Shown piece by piece: positions 25,488 through 34,902 of a DNA stretch of 36,031 nucleotides. Below the pieces are notes generated by a model. That model worked only from the letters and a program-made list of their open reading frames with translations, was not told where the DNA came from and did not search any database. Position numbers and translations under genes: made by a program. Position 1 is the stretch's first letter. Each line of letters starts with the position of its first letter. The stretch is taken from assembly GCA_964582845.1 (NCBI GenBank), contig CAZOTW010000003.1, forward strand, positions 4,790 through 40,820. The letters run 5' to 3'. The stretch is from an uncultured Gammaproteobacteria bacterium. Its GTDB lineage: Bacteria > Patescibacteriota > Microgenomatia > UBA10105 > UBA927.

Positions 25488-25880
25488 ATGGTAAATGACC
25501 CGATTGGAGATTTATTAATACAAATAAAGAATGCGTCGATGGCCGGTCTAAAGACCGTTGAATTGCCGCATTCGCGGATGAAAATGGCAGTTGCGAAAAT
25601 TTTGACCGATGAAGGATACATCGCGTCGGTCGAAAAAGCCGGTAAAGAGCCAAAGTTTTCCTTGCGCATTGGCATCAAGTATCAGGATGCGACTCCGGTA
25701 ATAACGGATGTGAAAAGAATGAGCAAGCCGGGACTCCGGATATATGTCAATAAAGACATGATTCCTACGGTCGTTGGAGGGATGGGTATTGCGATACTCT
25801 CGACTCCTCAAGGAGTCATGACGGGGAAAGAAGCGAAAAAACGAGGACTTGGCGGAGAATTGCTGTGTACTATTTGGTAA
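25488..25880 (+). CDS. rpsH: 30S ribosomal protein S8
   Basis: MVNDPIGDLLIQIKNA.. and a C-terminal ..GGELLCTIW. Confidence 0.96.
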   Translation: MVNDPIGDLLIQIKNASMAGLKTVELPHSRMKMAVAKILTDEGYIASVEKAGKEPKFSLRIGIKYQDATPVITDVKRMSKPGLRIYVNKDMIPTVVGGMGIAILSTPQGVMTGKEAKKRGLGGELLCTIW

Positions 25881-25885
25881 AAGAT

Positions 25886-26446
25886 ATGTCACGAATTGGT
25901 AATGCACCAGTTGTCGTTCCGAAAGAAGTCACGATCAGCGTAGACGACGGCGGCGTGGGCGTGAAAGGCCCCAAAGGCGAACAGCGGGTCATGATACCTT
26001 CAGGCATTACAGTGAAAGCGGAGGGGACGAACCTGGTCATATCTCGGGCGCATGATGACAAACCCAGCCGCGCACTTCATGGATTTATACGCGCGGAATT
26101 GGCAAATGCAACAGAAGGGGTATTAAAGGGATGGACGAAAACGCTTGAACTGTCTGGTGTGGGGTATCGGGCAGCGATGTCTGGAGCTAATTTAGTTTTG
26201 ACCATTGGTTTTTCCCATCCCGTGACGGTTGTCCCCCCCGAGGGAATTACATTCACCGTAAATGAAGGAAAAATCGTTATTTCTGGGATAAATAAACAAA
26301 TAGTTGGTCAGTCGGCAGCGAAAATTCGAAGTATCAAAAAGCCGGAACCATATAAAGGCAAAGGGATAAAGTATGAAGGAGAGTACATTCGTAAAAAAGC
26401 CGGTAAATCAGCTAAAACTGTAGGCGGTGCACCCGGTGTTAAGTAA
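25886..26446 (+). CDS. rplF: 50S ribosomal protein L6
   Basis: MSRIGNAPVVVPKEV... ..PEPYKGKGI.Y.GE. I chose the ATG at 25886, not the track start at 25865. Confidence 0.95.
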   Translation: MSRIGNAPVVVPKEVTISVDDGGVGVKGPKGEQRVMIPSGITVKAEGTNLVISRAHDDKPSRALHGFIRAELANATEGVLKGWTKTLELSGVGYRAAMSGANLVLTIGFSHPVTVVPPEGITFTVNEGKIVISGINKQIVGQSAAKIRSIKKPEPYKGKGIKYEGEYIRKKAGKSAKTVGGAPGVK

Positions 26447-26454
26447 AAAACTCT

Positions 26455-26784
26455 ATGATAGACAAAAGACTTTTGCGACTAAAAAGAAAATTGCGTATCC
26501 GATCAAAAATTACCGGAACTCAAAAGCGGCCGCGTATGGCGGTGTATCGTTCTAATAAAGCATTTATGATACAGCTTATCGATGACGGGAAACAGGAGAC
26601 GCTATTGTCTCTGTCGATGAGGGGGAAAACCATAGAAAAAGCAAAAGCGTTGGGTATTGAGGTTGCCAAAAAAGCGGTGAAAAAGGGTATTACCAACGTC
26701 GTTTTTGATCGTGGCGGATATCGATATCACGGTTCAATTAAAGCGGTAGCGGATGGTGCGCGTGAAGGAGGATTAGCACTATGA
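26455..26784 (+). CDS. rplR: 50S ribosomal protein L18
   Basis: ..PRMAVYRSNK...QLIDD.. ..VVFDRGGYRYHG..KA.ADGAREGGL. Confidence 0.95.
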   Translation: MIDKRLLRLKRKLRIRSKITGTQKRPRMAVYRSNKAFMIQLIDDGKQETLLSLSMRGKTIEKAKALGIEVAKKAVKKGITNVVFDRGGYRYHGSIKAVADGAREGGLAL

Positions 26785-27263
26785 GGTATCAACAAAAGAC
26801 AGAACGGGTTCCCAGTGAGTTTGAAGAAAAAATTGTTCAGGTAAATCGTGTGTCAAAAAAAACCAAGGGAGGCAATAAAATCGGGTTTTCCGTCCTTGCT
26901 GTGGTTGGCGACCGGAAGGGTCGCGTCGGAGTGGGGCTGGGAGGCGCTCCGGATGTATCCTCATCGGTACGAAAAGCGGTTACGTATGCAAAGAAACATT
27001 TGTTTACGGTTCCCATGAAGGGGAAAACTATTCCGCATGAAGTTCGTGTGAAATTGGGAGCAGCACGCGTCCTGTTAAAACCCGCTCCTCCCGGTACGGG
27101 AGTTATTGCCGGTGGGGCAGTTCGCGCTGTCATGGAAGCGGCGGGAGTACGGGATGTCGTGTCGAAGATTTTGGGAAGTAAAAATCAGGCGTCCAACGTC
27201 TATGCGACCATGGAAGCATTGAAACATTTAAGACTTCGTCCGAAATCAGGAGTAAATGTATGA
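26781..27263 (+). CDS. rpsE: 30S ribosomal protein S5
   Basis: ..VNRVSKKTKGGNKIGFSVLAVVGD..G.VG.G.G.A..V.. Confidence 0.96.
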   Translation: MRYQQKTERVPSEFEEKIVQVNRVSKKTKGGNKIGFSVLAVVGDRKGRVGVGLGGAPDVSSSVRKAVTYAKKHLFTVPMKGKTIPHEVRVKLGAARVLLKPAPPGTGVIAGGAVRAVMEAAGVRDVVSKILGSKNQASNVYATMEALKHLRLRPKSGVNV

Positions 27264-27694
27264 ATCTCTCGACGTTATCACCAATTGTTGCGCGGTCAAA
27301 AAAACGGATAGGCCGAGGGCATGGATCCGGAAAAGTAAAAACCGCAGGACGGGGGACGAAAGGGCAGAATGCGCGTGACAGCATGCCATTGGGTTTTGAA
27401 GGAGGACAGCTTTCTATTCTCAAGCGGTTGCCGCTCCTTCGCGGTAAAGGGAGAAATCACAGTCAAAAGAGAAAAGCGTATCCCATCAGCGTTTCAGTTT
27501 TATCCGCGCTTCCGTCAGGGACCGTAGTGACATTGGCAACACTTCGAAAATATCATATGATTGATGAGGATGTGACGCGGGTAAAAGTATTGGGACACGG
27601 AGCACTGTCAACAAAGCTCACTGTAGCAGTGCCATGTTCAAAAAGCGCCCTTCGGGTTATTGAAAAAGCCGGTGGTATACTACAAAAAACTTAG
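27260..27694 (+). CDS. rplO: 50S ribosomal protein L15
   Basis: ..KKRIGRGHGSGKVKTAGRGTKGQ.AR. Start overlaps the rpsE stop (ATGA), leaving no room for rpmD. Confidence 0.95.
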   Translation: MNLSTLSPIVARSKKRIGRGHGSGKVKTAGRGTKGQNARDSMPLGFEGGQLSILKRLPLLRGKGRNHSQKRKAYPISVSVLSALPSGTVVTLATLRKYHMIDEDVTRVKVLGHGALSTKLTVAVPCSKSALRVIEKAGGILQKT

Positions 27695-27744
27695 GTTTGA
27701 AAGATAATTTTTGAGTATAGACCAAACTGACTGCGTAAGATTTC

Positions 27745-29034
27745 ATGAACAAATTGTTGTCGCCGCTTATCGCCAGTTGGAAGTCTCCTGAACTTCGACG
27801 GAAGATTCTTCTCACCGCCTTTCTTTTTGTCGTTTTTCGGATTTTTGCCCATATTCCGATTCCCGGTGTTGATACGCAAAAACTTGCGGCGCTTTTTTCC
27901 CAAAATCAATTTTTAGGACTTCTGGATATATTTTCCGGCGGGACGCTCGTAAATTTTTCTATTCTTGCGTTAGGACTCAACCCGTATATCAATGCATCCA
28001 TTATCCTTCAGCTTCTTACGATCGTATTTCCGCAACTGGAGGAGCTTTCCAAAGAAGGAGAATACGGTCGGGAAAAGATCAACCAGTATACGCGGTTTAT
28101 CACAGTGCCACTTGCTGCCGTCCAGTCTATCGGTATGTTTGCACTCCTCAAAAATCAGGGAATTATCGGGTCGGTTGATCCTTTTTCGCTTATTACCATT
28201 GTCGTGACGATGACAGCAGGCACACTGTTTGCCATGTGGCTTGGTGAGCTTATCACCGAGTATGGCATAGGCAATGGCATATCTCTTCTCATTTTCGCCG
28301 GTATCGTGGGTAGATTACCCGTTGTTTTTGGTCAGACGGCGACCACGATGACGGCGGAGTATATGACAAATGCTCTTACATTTGGTGTACTTGCTATTGC
28401 CGTTATCGGGGCCACCGTATTTGTCAATGAAGCCGTTCGTCGTATTACGGTGCACTATGCGCGTCGCATCCGTGGTAACAAAATATACGGCGGGCAAACA
28501 TCATACCTGCCGCTTCGAGTGAATCAAGCTGGGGTGATTCCGATAATCTTTGCTGTTTCTCTCGTGCTTCTTCCGTCTTTGGTTGGAGGATTTTTACAGC
28601 AGGTACATAATCCCGTCGTTGGGAATATCGGGAAATTGTTAAGTAATATTTTTAATCCAAACGGCATTTCGTATAATGTCATCTATTTTTTCCTCGTCAT
28701 CGGATTTACGTATTTCTATACCGCTATCACATTTAACCCCTCAAAAATTTCTCAAGAAATTCAAAAGTACGGGGGATTTATACCTGGTATCCGTCCCGGC
28801 ACGCCGACGGCAAATTACCTGAACTATATTTTAACCCGTATCACTCTTGCCGGTGCCCTCTTTTTGGGAGTCATTGCGATATTGCCGTCTCTTGCCAAGC
28901 AGGCCTCGGGGGTTTCGACGCTTCTTGTCGGCGGTACGGGAGTCCTTATCGTCGTATCTGTGGTACTGGAGACAGTGAAAGCGTTAGAAGCACAATTGGT
29001 GATGCGTAACTACGAAGGATTCCTAAAAGAATGA
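27745..29034 (+). CDS. secY: preprotein translocase subunit SecY
   Basis: 10-TM protein with ..[19 protein letters not shown].. and GEYGR.KI.QYTR. Confidence 0.97.
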   Translation: MNKLLSPLIASWKSPELRRKILLTAFLFVVFRIFAHIPIPGVDTQKLAALFSQNQFLGLLDIFSGGTLVNFSILALGLNPYINASIILQLLTIVFPQLEELSKEGEYGREKINQYTRFITVPLAAVQSIGMFALLKNQGIIGSVDPFSLITIVVTMTAGTLFAMWLGELITEYGIGNGISLLIFAGIVGRLPVVFGQTATTMTAEYMTNALTFGVLAIAVIGATVFVNEAVRRITVHYARRIRGNKIYGGQTSYLPLRVNQAGVIPIIFAVSLVLLPSLVGGFLQQVHNPVVGNIGKLLSNIFNPNGISYNVIYFFLVIGFTYFYTAITFNPSKISQEIQKYGGFIPGIRPGTPTANYLNYILTRITLAGALFLGVIAILPSLAKQASGVSTLLVGGTGVLIVVSVVLETVKALEAQLVMRNYEGFLKE

Positions 29035-29122
29035 CCAATGCTAAATGTCCAATGGCCAATGGAAAGCGGTGTAGATGTTTATTATTTAGCATTTATCATT
29101 TAGCATTTGGCATTTAATTTCT

Positions 29123-29701
29123 ATGCATATACTCATGTACGGTCCGGAAGGATCAGGAAAAGGTACACAAGCCGCGTTGTTAAGCGAGAAGCTTGGTATT
29201 CCGATTCTCACATCCGGTGATCTCGTTCGCGAAGCCGCGACCAATGACAAAGGCCATATCGGCAATGTCTGCCGATTGGCATTATCTGCTGGCAAATACG
29301 TTGCAGACGCGGATATGTATGTGTTATGGGAGAGAAAAATTGTAGAGTATTGCACGAAAAGCGGATGGATCATGGATGGATTCCCGAGGAATGTTGAGCA
29401 GGCGAAATTTTTAGATGAACAATTACGTTCCCTTGAATCGAAAGTCGATGTGGTCATTTATCTTAACATTAGCGAGGAAGAATCATTGAAACGGCTGGTA
29501 AAACGTGCCCGGCCTTTGCATCCGGGATCAAGCGAACTTCATGACTCACCCGAGCGTATTAAAAAGAGGCTTGCGATCTACAAAGCGGGACAAAAAGATT
29601 TACTCGCGTATTATCGGAGACTGGGGTTGCTTATAGAAATCAGTGCCCAAAAGTCAGTTGAAGATGTGCATAAAGACATTATCGCTCATCTTCCGCAATG
29701 A
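29123..29701 (+). CDS. adk: adenylate kinase
   Basis: MYGPEGSGKGTQA P-loop, ..DGFPRN..QA..LD. Confidence 0.93.
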   Translation: MHILMYGPEGSGKGTQAALLSEKLGIPILTSGDLVREAATNDKGHIGNVCRLALSAGKYVADADMYVLWERKIVEYCTKSGWIMDGFPRNVEQAKFLDEQLRSLESKVDVVIYLNISEEESLKRLVKRARPLHPGSSELHDSPERIKKRLAIYKAGQKDLLAYYRRLGLLIEISAQKSVEDVHKDIIAHLPQ

Positions 29702-30387
29702 ACGCACCACTTCAAATCGCCATTGACGGGCCGGTTGCTTCGGGGAAAGGGGATATTGCCGCACGCCTCGCTATCCAATTGAATCTTCTCTACATTTATA
29801 CAGGGGCCATGTATCGCGCTTTGGCGTTGGCATGTATCCGGCAGGGTATTTCGTGTAAGGATGAAAATCAAGTGATGGAGATACTAAAAAAAATAACTAT
29901 TCAATTTGTACCACCGCCAGAGGGGAGCAGGTATTTTTATACGATTTTATTAAACGGTGAAGATATAACGGAACGAATAACGAAACAGGATACGGCTCAA
30001 GGAGCGTCAGATGTAGGAATACTTCCACTTGTTCGCCAGTGGATGGTTCAAAGACAGAAAGAGATGTCCCAGGGGAAACGGGTGGTTATGGAAGGGCGAG
30101 ATATAGGACTTCGGGTATTACCGAATGCACAATTAAAGATATTTTTAACAGCTTCGGTAGAAGAGCGGGCGCAAAGACGCTTTGGCCAATGGCAAGAAAA
30201 GGGTATCCATAAAACGTTCGAAGAAACACTTGCTGATACGAAATTAAGAGATTTACAAGATACGACGAGAAGTACCGATCCTTTACACAAACTTACCGAT
30301 GCTTGGGAATTGGACACCACGCAAATGGATCAAGAAGAGGTCGTCACCGCAATTATCGAGGAACTGAAACGGAGAAAACTTATATGA
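29698..30387 (+). CDS. cmk: cytidylate kinase
   Basis: IAIDGPVASGKGDIA..L......YTGAMYRA. ATGA overlaps at both ends (with adk and with map). Confidence 0.9.
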   Translation: MNAPLQIAIDGPVASGKGDIAARLAIQLNLLYIYTGAMYRALALACIRQGISCKDENQVMEILKKITIQFVPPPEGSRYFYTILLNGEDITERITKQDTAQGASDVGILPLVRQWMVQRQKEMSQGKRVVMEGRDIGLRVLPNAQLKIFLTASVEERAQRRFGQWQEKGIHKTFEETLADTKLRDLQDTTRSTDPLHKLTDAWELDTTQMDQEEVVTAIIEELKRRKLI

Positions 30388-31154
30388 TTCAAAGGAAAAC
30401 AAAGGAAGAGATTGCCATCATGCGCGAAGGGGGAGCAAAGCTGGGAACCATTCTTCAGAAGCTCCTTGGTTATTCGGATCCCGGAATTTCGCTTCTTGCG
30501 ATTGAAAAATATGCAAACGATCTCATAGATAAATCCGGAGCGAAGGCTTCGTTTAAAACAGTGAAAGGGTACCATTGGGCAACATGTCTTTGCGTCAACG
30601 AGGTAGTCGTTCACGGGATACCGACTTCGTATATTCTCCGCGATGGCGACGTATTGACGATTGATATCGGACTCCTCTTTGGCGGATTTCATACGGACAT
30701 GGCATGGACGAAAATCGTAGGGGAGGCAAAAGGTGATGATAAAAAATTGAAAGAACGTTTTTTACAAGTGGGGCAGGAGGCGTTGTGGGACGCGATAAAG
30801 CAGGCAAACATAGGCAAAAGAGTGGGAAATATTTCGCACGTGGTCCAATCGACTATTGAAGGAGCTGGATTTAGTATTGTTAAAACGCTTGTGGGGCATG
30901 GTGTCGGAAGGTCGCTCCATGAAGATCCTCAGGTGCCCAATTACCGAAGAGGCCCTATTGAAGATACCTATCCCTTTATGGGAGGGGAAACCATCGCTAT
31001 TGAGCCGATTTACGCGCAGGGAGGCGGTAGCATAGTCTATGAAAATAACGATGGGTGGACGCTTGCGACAAAAGATCATTCCCTAGCCGCTAGCTTCGAG
31101 CACTCGATCGCTATTACCGAGGATGGTCCGATGGTATTGACGCTTGAGGAATGA
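30384..31154 (+). CDS. map: type I methionine aminopeptidase
   Basis: MIQRKTKEEIAIMREGG.. ..VVHGIP....L.DGD...IDIG.., GHGVGRSLHE.P, ..FEHSIAITEDG. I chose the ATG at 30384. Confidence 0.95.
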   Translation: MIQRKTKEEIAIMREGGAKLGTILQKLLGYSDPGISLLAIEKYANDLIDKSGAKASFKTVKGYHWATCLCVNEVVVHGIPTSYILRDGDVLTIDIGLLFGGFHTDMAWTKIVGEAKGDDKKLKERFLQVGQEALWDAIKQANIGKRVGNISHVVQSTIEGAGFSIVKTLVGHGVGRSLHEDPQVPNYRRGPIEDTYPFMGGETIAIEPIYAQGGGSIVYENNDGWTLATKDHSLAASFEHSIAITEDGPMVLTLEE

Positions 31155-31213
31155 TTATAAGCGATCAACTTCCTTGTCATGAAATTAGGTTTAGAGCCTC
31201 GTATCAGCAAAGA

Positions 31214-31242
31214 TTGACCAAAGCTAAATTTTCATGTACAAT
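31214..31242 (+). promoter_or_regulatory. candidate promoter TTGACC-N17-TACAAT upstream of infA
   Basis: Near-consensus hexamers at 31214-31219 and 31237-31242 with exact 17-nt spacing. Confidence 0.55.
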
Positions 31243-31375
31243 ACCGTCTATTAGGTCGGGGATCTCGACAAGATCGGGAAGGCCCCGCCATTTTTGACCC
31301 GCCTTCGAAGCAGAAGATCGCCGTGGCGGTGGTTTATTGTTGGTTTCACAAAAGTCGGCGGGGCAAGCGTTATAT

Positions 31376-31594
31376 ATGACCCCTCAGGGAAACATTGAGT
31401 TAGAGGGAGTAGTTGTTGAGTGTTTGCCAAATACATTGTTTCGAGTAAAGTTACCGAATGGTCATGTGGTATTGTGTCACCTGTCTGGCAAGATGAGGCT
31501 TAACTTTATCCGCATTATGCCGGGGGACAAAGTAAAAGTGGAAGTTACCCCGTATGATCCGGGTAAAGGAAGAATAACGTATCGCGTACGGTAA
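31376..31594 (+). CDS. infA: translation initiation factor IF-1
   Basis: ..[33 protein letters not shown]...IRI.PGD.V.VE..PYD..KGRI.YR. I chose the ATG at 31376. Confidence 0.95.
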   Translation: MTPQGNIELEGVVVECLPNTLFRVKLPNGHVVLCHLSGKMRLNFIRIMPGDKVKVEVTPYDPGKGRITYRVR

Positions 31595-31598
31595 AAAT

Positions 31599-31712
31599 AT
31601 GAAAGTTCGAGCAAGTGTTAAGCCAATGTGTGTGAAATGTAAAATCGTGAGACGTCGGGGAAAGACGTACGTCATTTGCGATAATCCGAAGCATAAACAA
31701 CGGCAGGGATAA
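31599..31712 (+). CDS. rpmJ: 50S ribosomal protein L36
   Basis: Hand translation gives [37 protein letters not shown]. It falls below the length cut-off of the ORF track. Confidence 0.95.
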   Translation: MKVRASVKPMCVKCKIVRRRGKTYVICDNPKHKQRQG

Positions 31713-31807
31713 TCATAATATCCTAGTCCGTAGACCCAAGCATGAAATCAATATTACATATGTTAAAACAGTTTATCGATTTTTTAGTTTCTTGGTAACA
31801 AAATAGT

Positions 31808-32233
31808 ATGGCACGTATCGCAGGAGTTGATTTACCAAACGAGAAACGGCTAGATATAGCCTTGACCTATATTTACGGCATCGGAAGGGCAAATGTTGTT
31901 TCTCTTTTGAAGGAGGCGCAGTTGGGGCCGGACCGCCGTGTCAAAACATTAACGGACGAAGAAGTGAATCGTATCGCAAAAGTGATTGAAAAAGGGTTTA
32001 CGGTGGAGGGGGATCTTCGTCAACAGGTGTCAGGCAATATTAAGCGTCTTATAGAGATTCGATCCTATCGCGGCAGCAGGCACAGCAAAAATTTGCCGTC
32101 TCGCGGTCAGCGTACACGTTCAAACGCGCGTACCAAACGCGGGAAACGGGTGACGATCGGCGCTATGAAAAAAGATGATCGAGTGAAATTAGATACAACG
32201 GCGGCACCGGCAGCGACGGAAACAAAAAAATAG
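31808..32233 (+). CDS. rpsM: 30S ribosomal protein S13 (C-terminal extension)
   Basis: MARIAGVDLP..K....ALTYIYGIG.. ..YRG.RH...LP.RGQRT..NART. Confidence 0.96.
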   Translation: MARIAGVDLPNEKRLDIALTYIYGIGRANVVSLLKEAQLGPDRRVKTLTDEEVNRIAKVIEKGFTVEGDLRQQVSGNIKRLIEIRSYRGSRHSKNLPSRGQRTRSNARTKRGKRVTIGAMKKDDRVKLDTTAAPAATETKK

Positions 32234-32315
32234 TTCGTTGGTTAGTTAGTTACTTGGTTACTTCGTAAAAATGCCAAGTAACAAATTAACCAAATAACAA
32301 ACTAACAATTTACGT

Positions 32316-32687
32316 ATGGCAATCAAAAAAATAAAGCGAGTTGTTGAAAAAGGAAAAGTATTTATTACTGCGACGTTTAACAATACGCTTGTCACAATTA
32401 CCGATACGGAAGGGAATGTGCTCTATTGGGGTTCATCCGGCATGGCAGGTTTTAAAGGTGCACGGAAATCCACCCCCTACGCAGCAACGACAGCAGTGGA
32501 AGCAGTGGCACGGAAAGCTATGGACATGGGTATGCGGGAAGTAGAAGTCTATATTAAAGGTCCAGGTGCCGGTCGCGACGCAGCGCTTCGAGGTTTAAAA
32601 ACAGTAGGAATGGGAATTTCTCTTATTGCAGATGTGACGCCGATTCCGCATAACGGTGTGCGTCCGAAGAAAAAGAGGAGAATTTAA
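32316..32687 (+). CDS. rpsK: 30S ribosomal protein S11
   Basis: ..NNTLVTITD..GN.L.W.S.G..GFKG.RKSTPYAA.. ..D.TPIPHNG.RP.K.RR. Confidence 0.96.
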   Translation: MAIKKIKRVVEKGKVFITATFNNTLVTITDTEGNVLYWGSSGMAGFKGARKSTPYAATTAVEAVARKAMDMGMREVEVYIKGPGAGRDAALRGLKTVGMGISLIADVTPIPHNGVRPKKKRRI

Positions 32688-32689
32688 AT

Positions 32690-33310
32690 ATGGCGCGATA
32701 TACCGGACCAAAAAACAGATTAGCCCGCCGTGAAGGCATGGATTTAGGCGGTAAAACGATTGGTTCAAAGGCACATGCCTCACTTCTCAGGCGTATGGGA
32801 GTTATACCGGGACAACACGGAGTGAAAGGCAAAAGGAAGCTTTCTGACTTTGGAGTGCAACTCCGGGAAAAACAGAAAGTGAAACGGCTGTACGGAGTTA
32901 TGGAGCGACAATTCCGAAAAACGTTTGAACAGGCCAAAAAATGGAAGGGAAATACCGGCGAGAAATTATTGGAGTTTATGGAGCGACGACTGGACAATGT
33001 CGTCTATCGGGCGGGATTTTCGCCGACTCGGGGTCTTGCGCGACAATTGGTGTCCCATGGCCATGTACTTCTTGACGGGAAACGGGTAAATATCCCTTCG
33101 TATCGGGTTGAAAAAGATATGGTTATATCTTTGGGAACAAAAGGACTCGAGATTCCAGCAGTAAAAAAGATGTTAGAGGACAAGGCGTTGAAAACGCCAG
33201 AATGGCTAGAGCGCAAAGGACCGGTAGGTAAAATTGTTCGCATGCCGGAGCGAACGGATATAACAGACGACATCAACGAGCAGCTCATCGTAGAGCATTA
33301 TTCTCGTTAA
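32690..33310 (+). CDS. rpsD: 30S ribosomal protein S4
   Basis: MARYTGPK.RL.RREG.DL.. and an S4 RNA-binding domain ..RLDNVVYR.GF..TR..ARQLV.HGH. Confidence 0.96.
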   Translation: MARYTGPKNRLARREGMDLGGKTIGSKAHASLLRRMGVIPGQHGVKGKRKLSDFGVQLREKQKVKRLYGVMERQFRKTFEQAKKWKGNTGEKLLEFMERRLDNVVYRAGFSPTRGLARQLVSHGHVLLDGKRVNIPSYRVEKDMVISLGTKGLEIPAVKKMLEDKALKTPEWLERKGPVGKIVRMPERTDITDDINEQLIVEHYSR

Positions 33311-33390
33311 TTTATAGGAGGTAGGGTTTGCAATTGGCGTTTAGTAAGTACGTCACTAAGCGCGAATTACAAATCTGAATATATAAACGT

Positions 33391-34311
33391 ATGGTAGAAC
33401 CAAATTTTCATTTGAAGGTTGAAACCGAAAAACCAGGTTTCGGGAAATTCATTATTGAGCCGCTTGAGCAGGGGTATGGGCAGACGTTGGGAAACAGTCT
33501 CAGGCGGGTTCTTCTTTCTTCCTTGCCTGGAGCCGCTATTGCATCGGTGAAGATAGCAGGCGTCAAACATCAATTTTCGACGCTTGAAGGCATGAAAGAA
33601 GATGTCGTGGAATTTATCATGAACCTGAAGAAGGTTCGATTGATTATTGAAGGCACCGAATCGGTAAAATTGACGATTTCCAAAAAAGGTCCGGGTGAAG
33701 TGCTTGCCGGAGACATAGACGTACCATCCGGCGTCACGATCGTGAACCCAGATCTTCTGCTTGCGACGCTTGCGGATAAAAAAGCAAGTCTCGAAGTAGA
33801 GCTCACCGCAGATAAAGGGTATGGGTATGTATCAGCAGACGAAAAGCACTTTGATGAAGTCGGCGTTATGCCGATTGACGGTCTGTATTCGCCTATTACC
33901 CGAGTAAATTATCGAGTGGAAGCCACCCGTGTCGGGCGGATGACGAACCTGGATCGTTTGGTCATGGAAATTTGGACCGACGGTACGATTGCCGCGCAGG
34001 ACGCGCTGAAATCAGCGGCAAAAATTCTCGTGTCTTATTTTATACAGGTGTATGAACCAAAGGTGCAGGGGGCTGTGGAAAATGTCGCAGTGACGCCGGC
34101 AATATCAGATGAAATACTCAAGATGCGTATTGAAGAGCTTGATATTCCAACGCGTATTGTCAATGCACTCGCCAATGGAGGTATTGAGACGATTGGTCAA
34201 CTTCTGGGGACACCTCCGGTGGAACTCATGAAAATAAAAAATCTCGGGATTAAATCTCTCTCTATCGTAGAGGAAAAGCTCCGGGAAAAAGGAGTAGCTC
34301 TGGCGGTATAA
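33391..34311 (+). CDS. rpoA: DNA-directed RNA polymerase subunit alpha
   Basis: ..GKFIIEPLEQGYGQTLGNSLRRVLLSSLPG.A.. and a C-terminal domain ..IEELD...R..N.L....I.TIG.L. Confidence 0.96.
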   Translation: MVEPNFHLKVETEKPGFGKFIIEPLEQGYGQTLGNSLRRVLLSSLPGAAIASVKIAGVKHQFSTLEGMKEDVVEFIMNLKKVRLIIEGTESVKLTISKKGPGEVLAGDIDVPSGVTIVNPDLLLATLADKKASLEVELTADKGYGYVSADEKHFDEVGVMPIDGLYSPITRVNYRVEATRVGRMTNLDRLVMEIWTDGTIAAQDALKSAAKILVSYFIQVYEPKVQGAVENVAVTPAISDEILKMRIEELDIPTRIVNALANGGIETIGQLLGTPPVELMKIKNLGIKSLSIVEEKLREKGVALAV

Positions 34312-34376
34312 ACCGTTAGTTAGCAACCCGCGTTACTTGGTTATTTAGCAACGCAAAAAGAACGTTTTTACTAAGT

Positions 34377-34395
34377 AACCAACTAACCAAGTAAC
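34377..34395 (+). repeat. 19-nt intercistronic motif AACCAACTAACCAAGTAAC (copy before rplQ)
   Basis: Identical to 23126-23144. Ends 5 nt before the rplQ ATG. Confidence 0.9.
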
Positions 34396-34400
34396 TATTT

Positions 34401-34895
34401 ATGAGGCATTCGGTATACGGCAGAAAATTATCGCGAACGAAAGACGAACGAAAGCGCCTTTTTCAAGGTTTAGCGCGTGATCTTCTGATACATGGTTTTG
34501 TGCGAACGACTCTTGCCAAAGCCAAAGCAGTGCAACCGTTAGTAGAAAAGCTCGTTACCAAGGCAAAAAAGGGGAAAGAAGTACACAGGCGTCAGGTTTT
34601 GGCAGTATTAGCCAACCGCCCGCTCACAAACCAACTTTTTGAGGATGCCAAGACCCGTTTTGCCAACCGCACCAGCGGATTTACCCGAGTTATTAAAGTA
34701 GGGAAACGGTTAGGTGACGCTGCCGATGAAGCGTTACTCAGTTTTGTTGATGAAAAAATAAAGACAGATATTATTGCTCCTCCCAAAAAAGAAAAGTCAG
34801 AAAAACCTCAAAAGGCTATAAAAGCTCCGAAAACAAAAGCAAAGAAATCAGAAACGAAAAAAACACGCAAGAATACGTCGACGAAGAAAAAATAA
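34401..34895 (+). CDS. rplQ: 50S ribosomal protein L17 (Lys-rich C-terminal extension)
   Basis: MRHSVYGRKLSRTKDERKRLF..L...L......T...AK...P..EKL.T.AK. Confidence 0.94.
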   Translation: MRHSVYGRKLSRTKDERKRLFQGLARDLLIHGFVRTTLAKAKAVQPLVEKLVTKAKKGKEVHRRQVLAVLANRPLTNQLFEDAKTRFANRTSGFTRVIKVGKRLGDAADEALLSFVDEKIKTDIIAPPKKEKSEKPQKAIKAPKTKAKKSETKKTRKNTSTKKK

Positions 34896-34902
34896 TTGAT
34901 CT

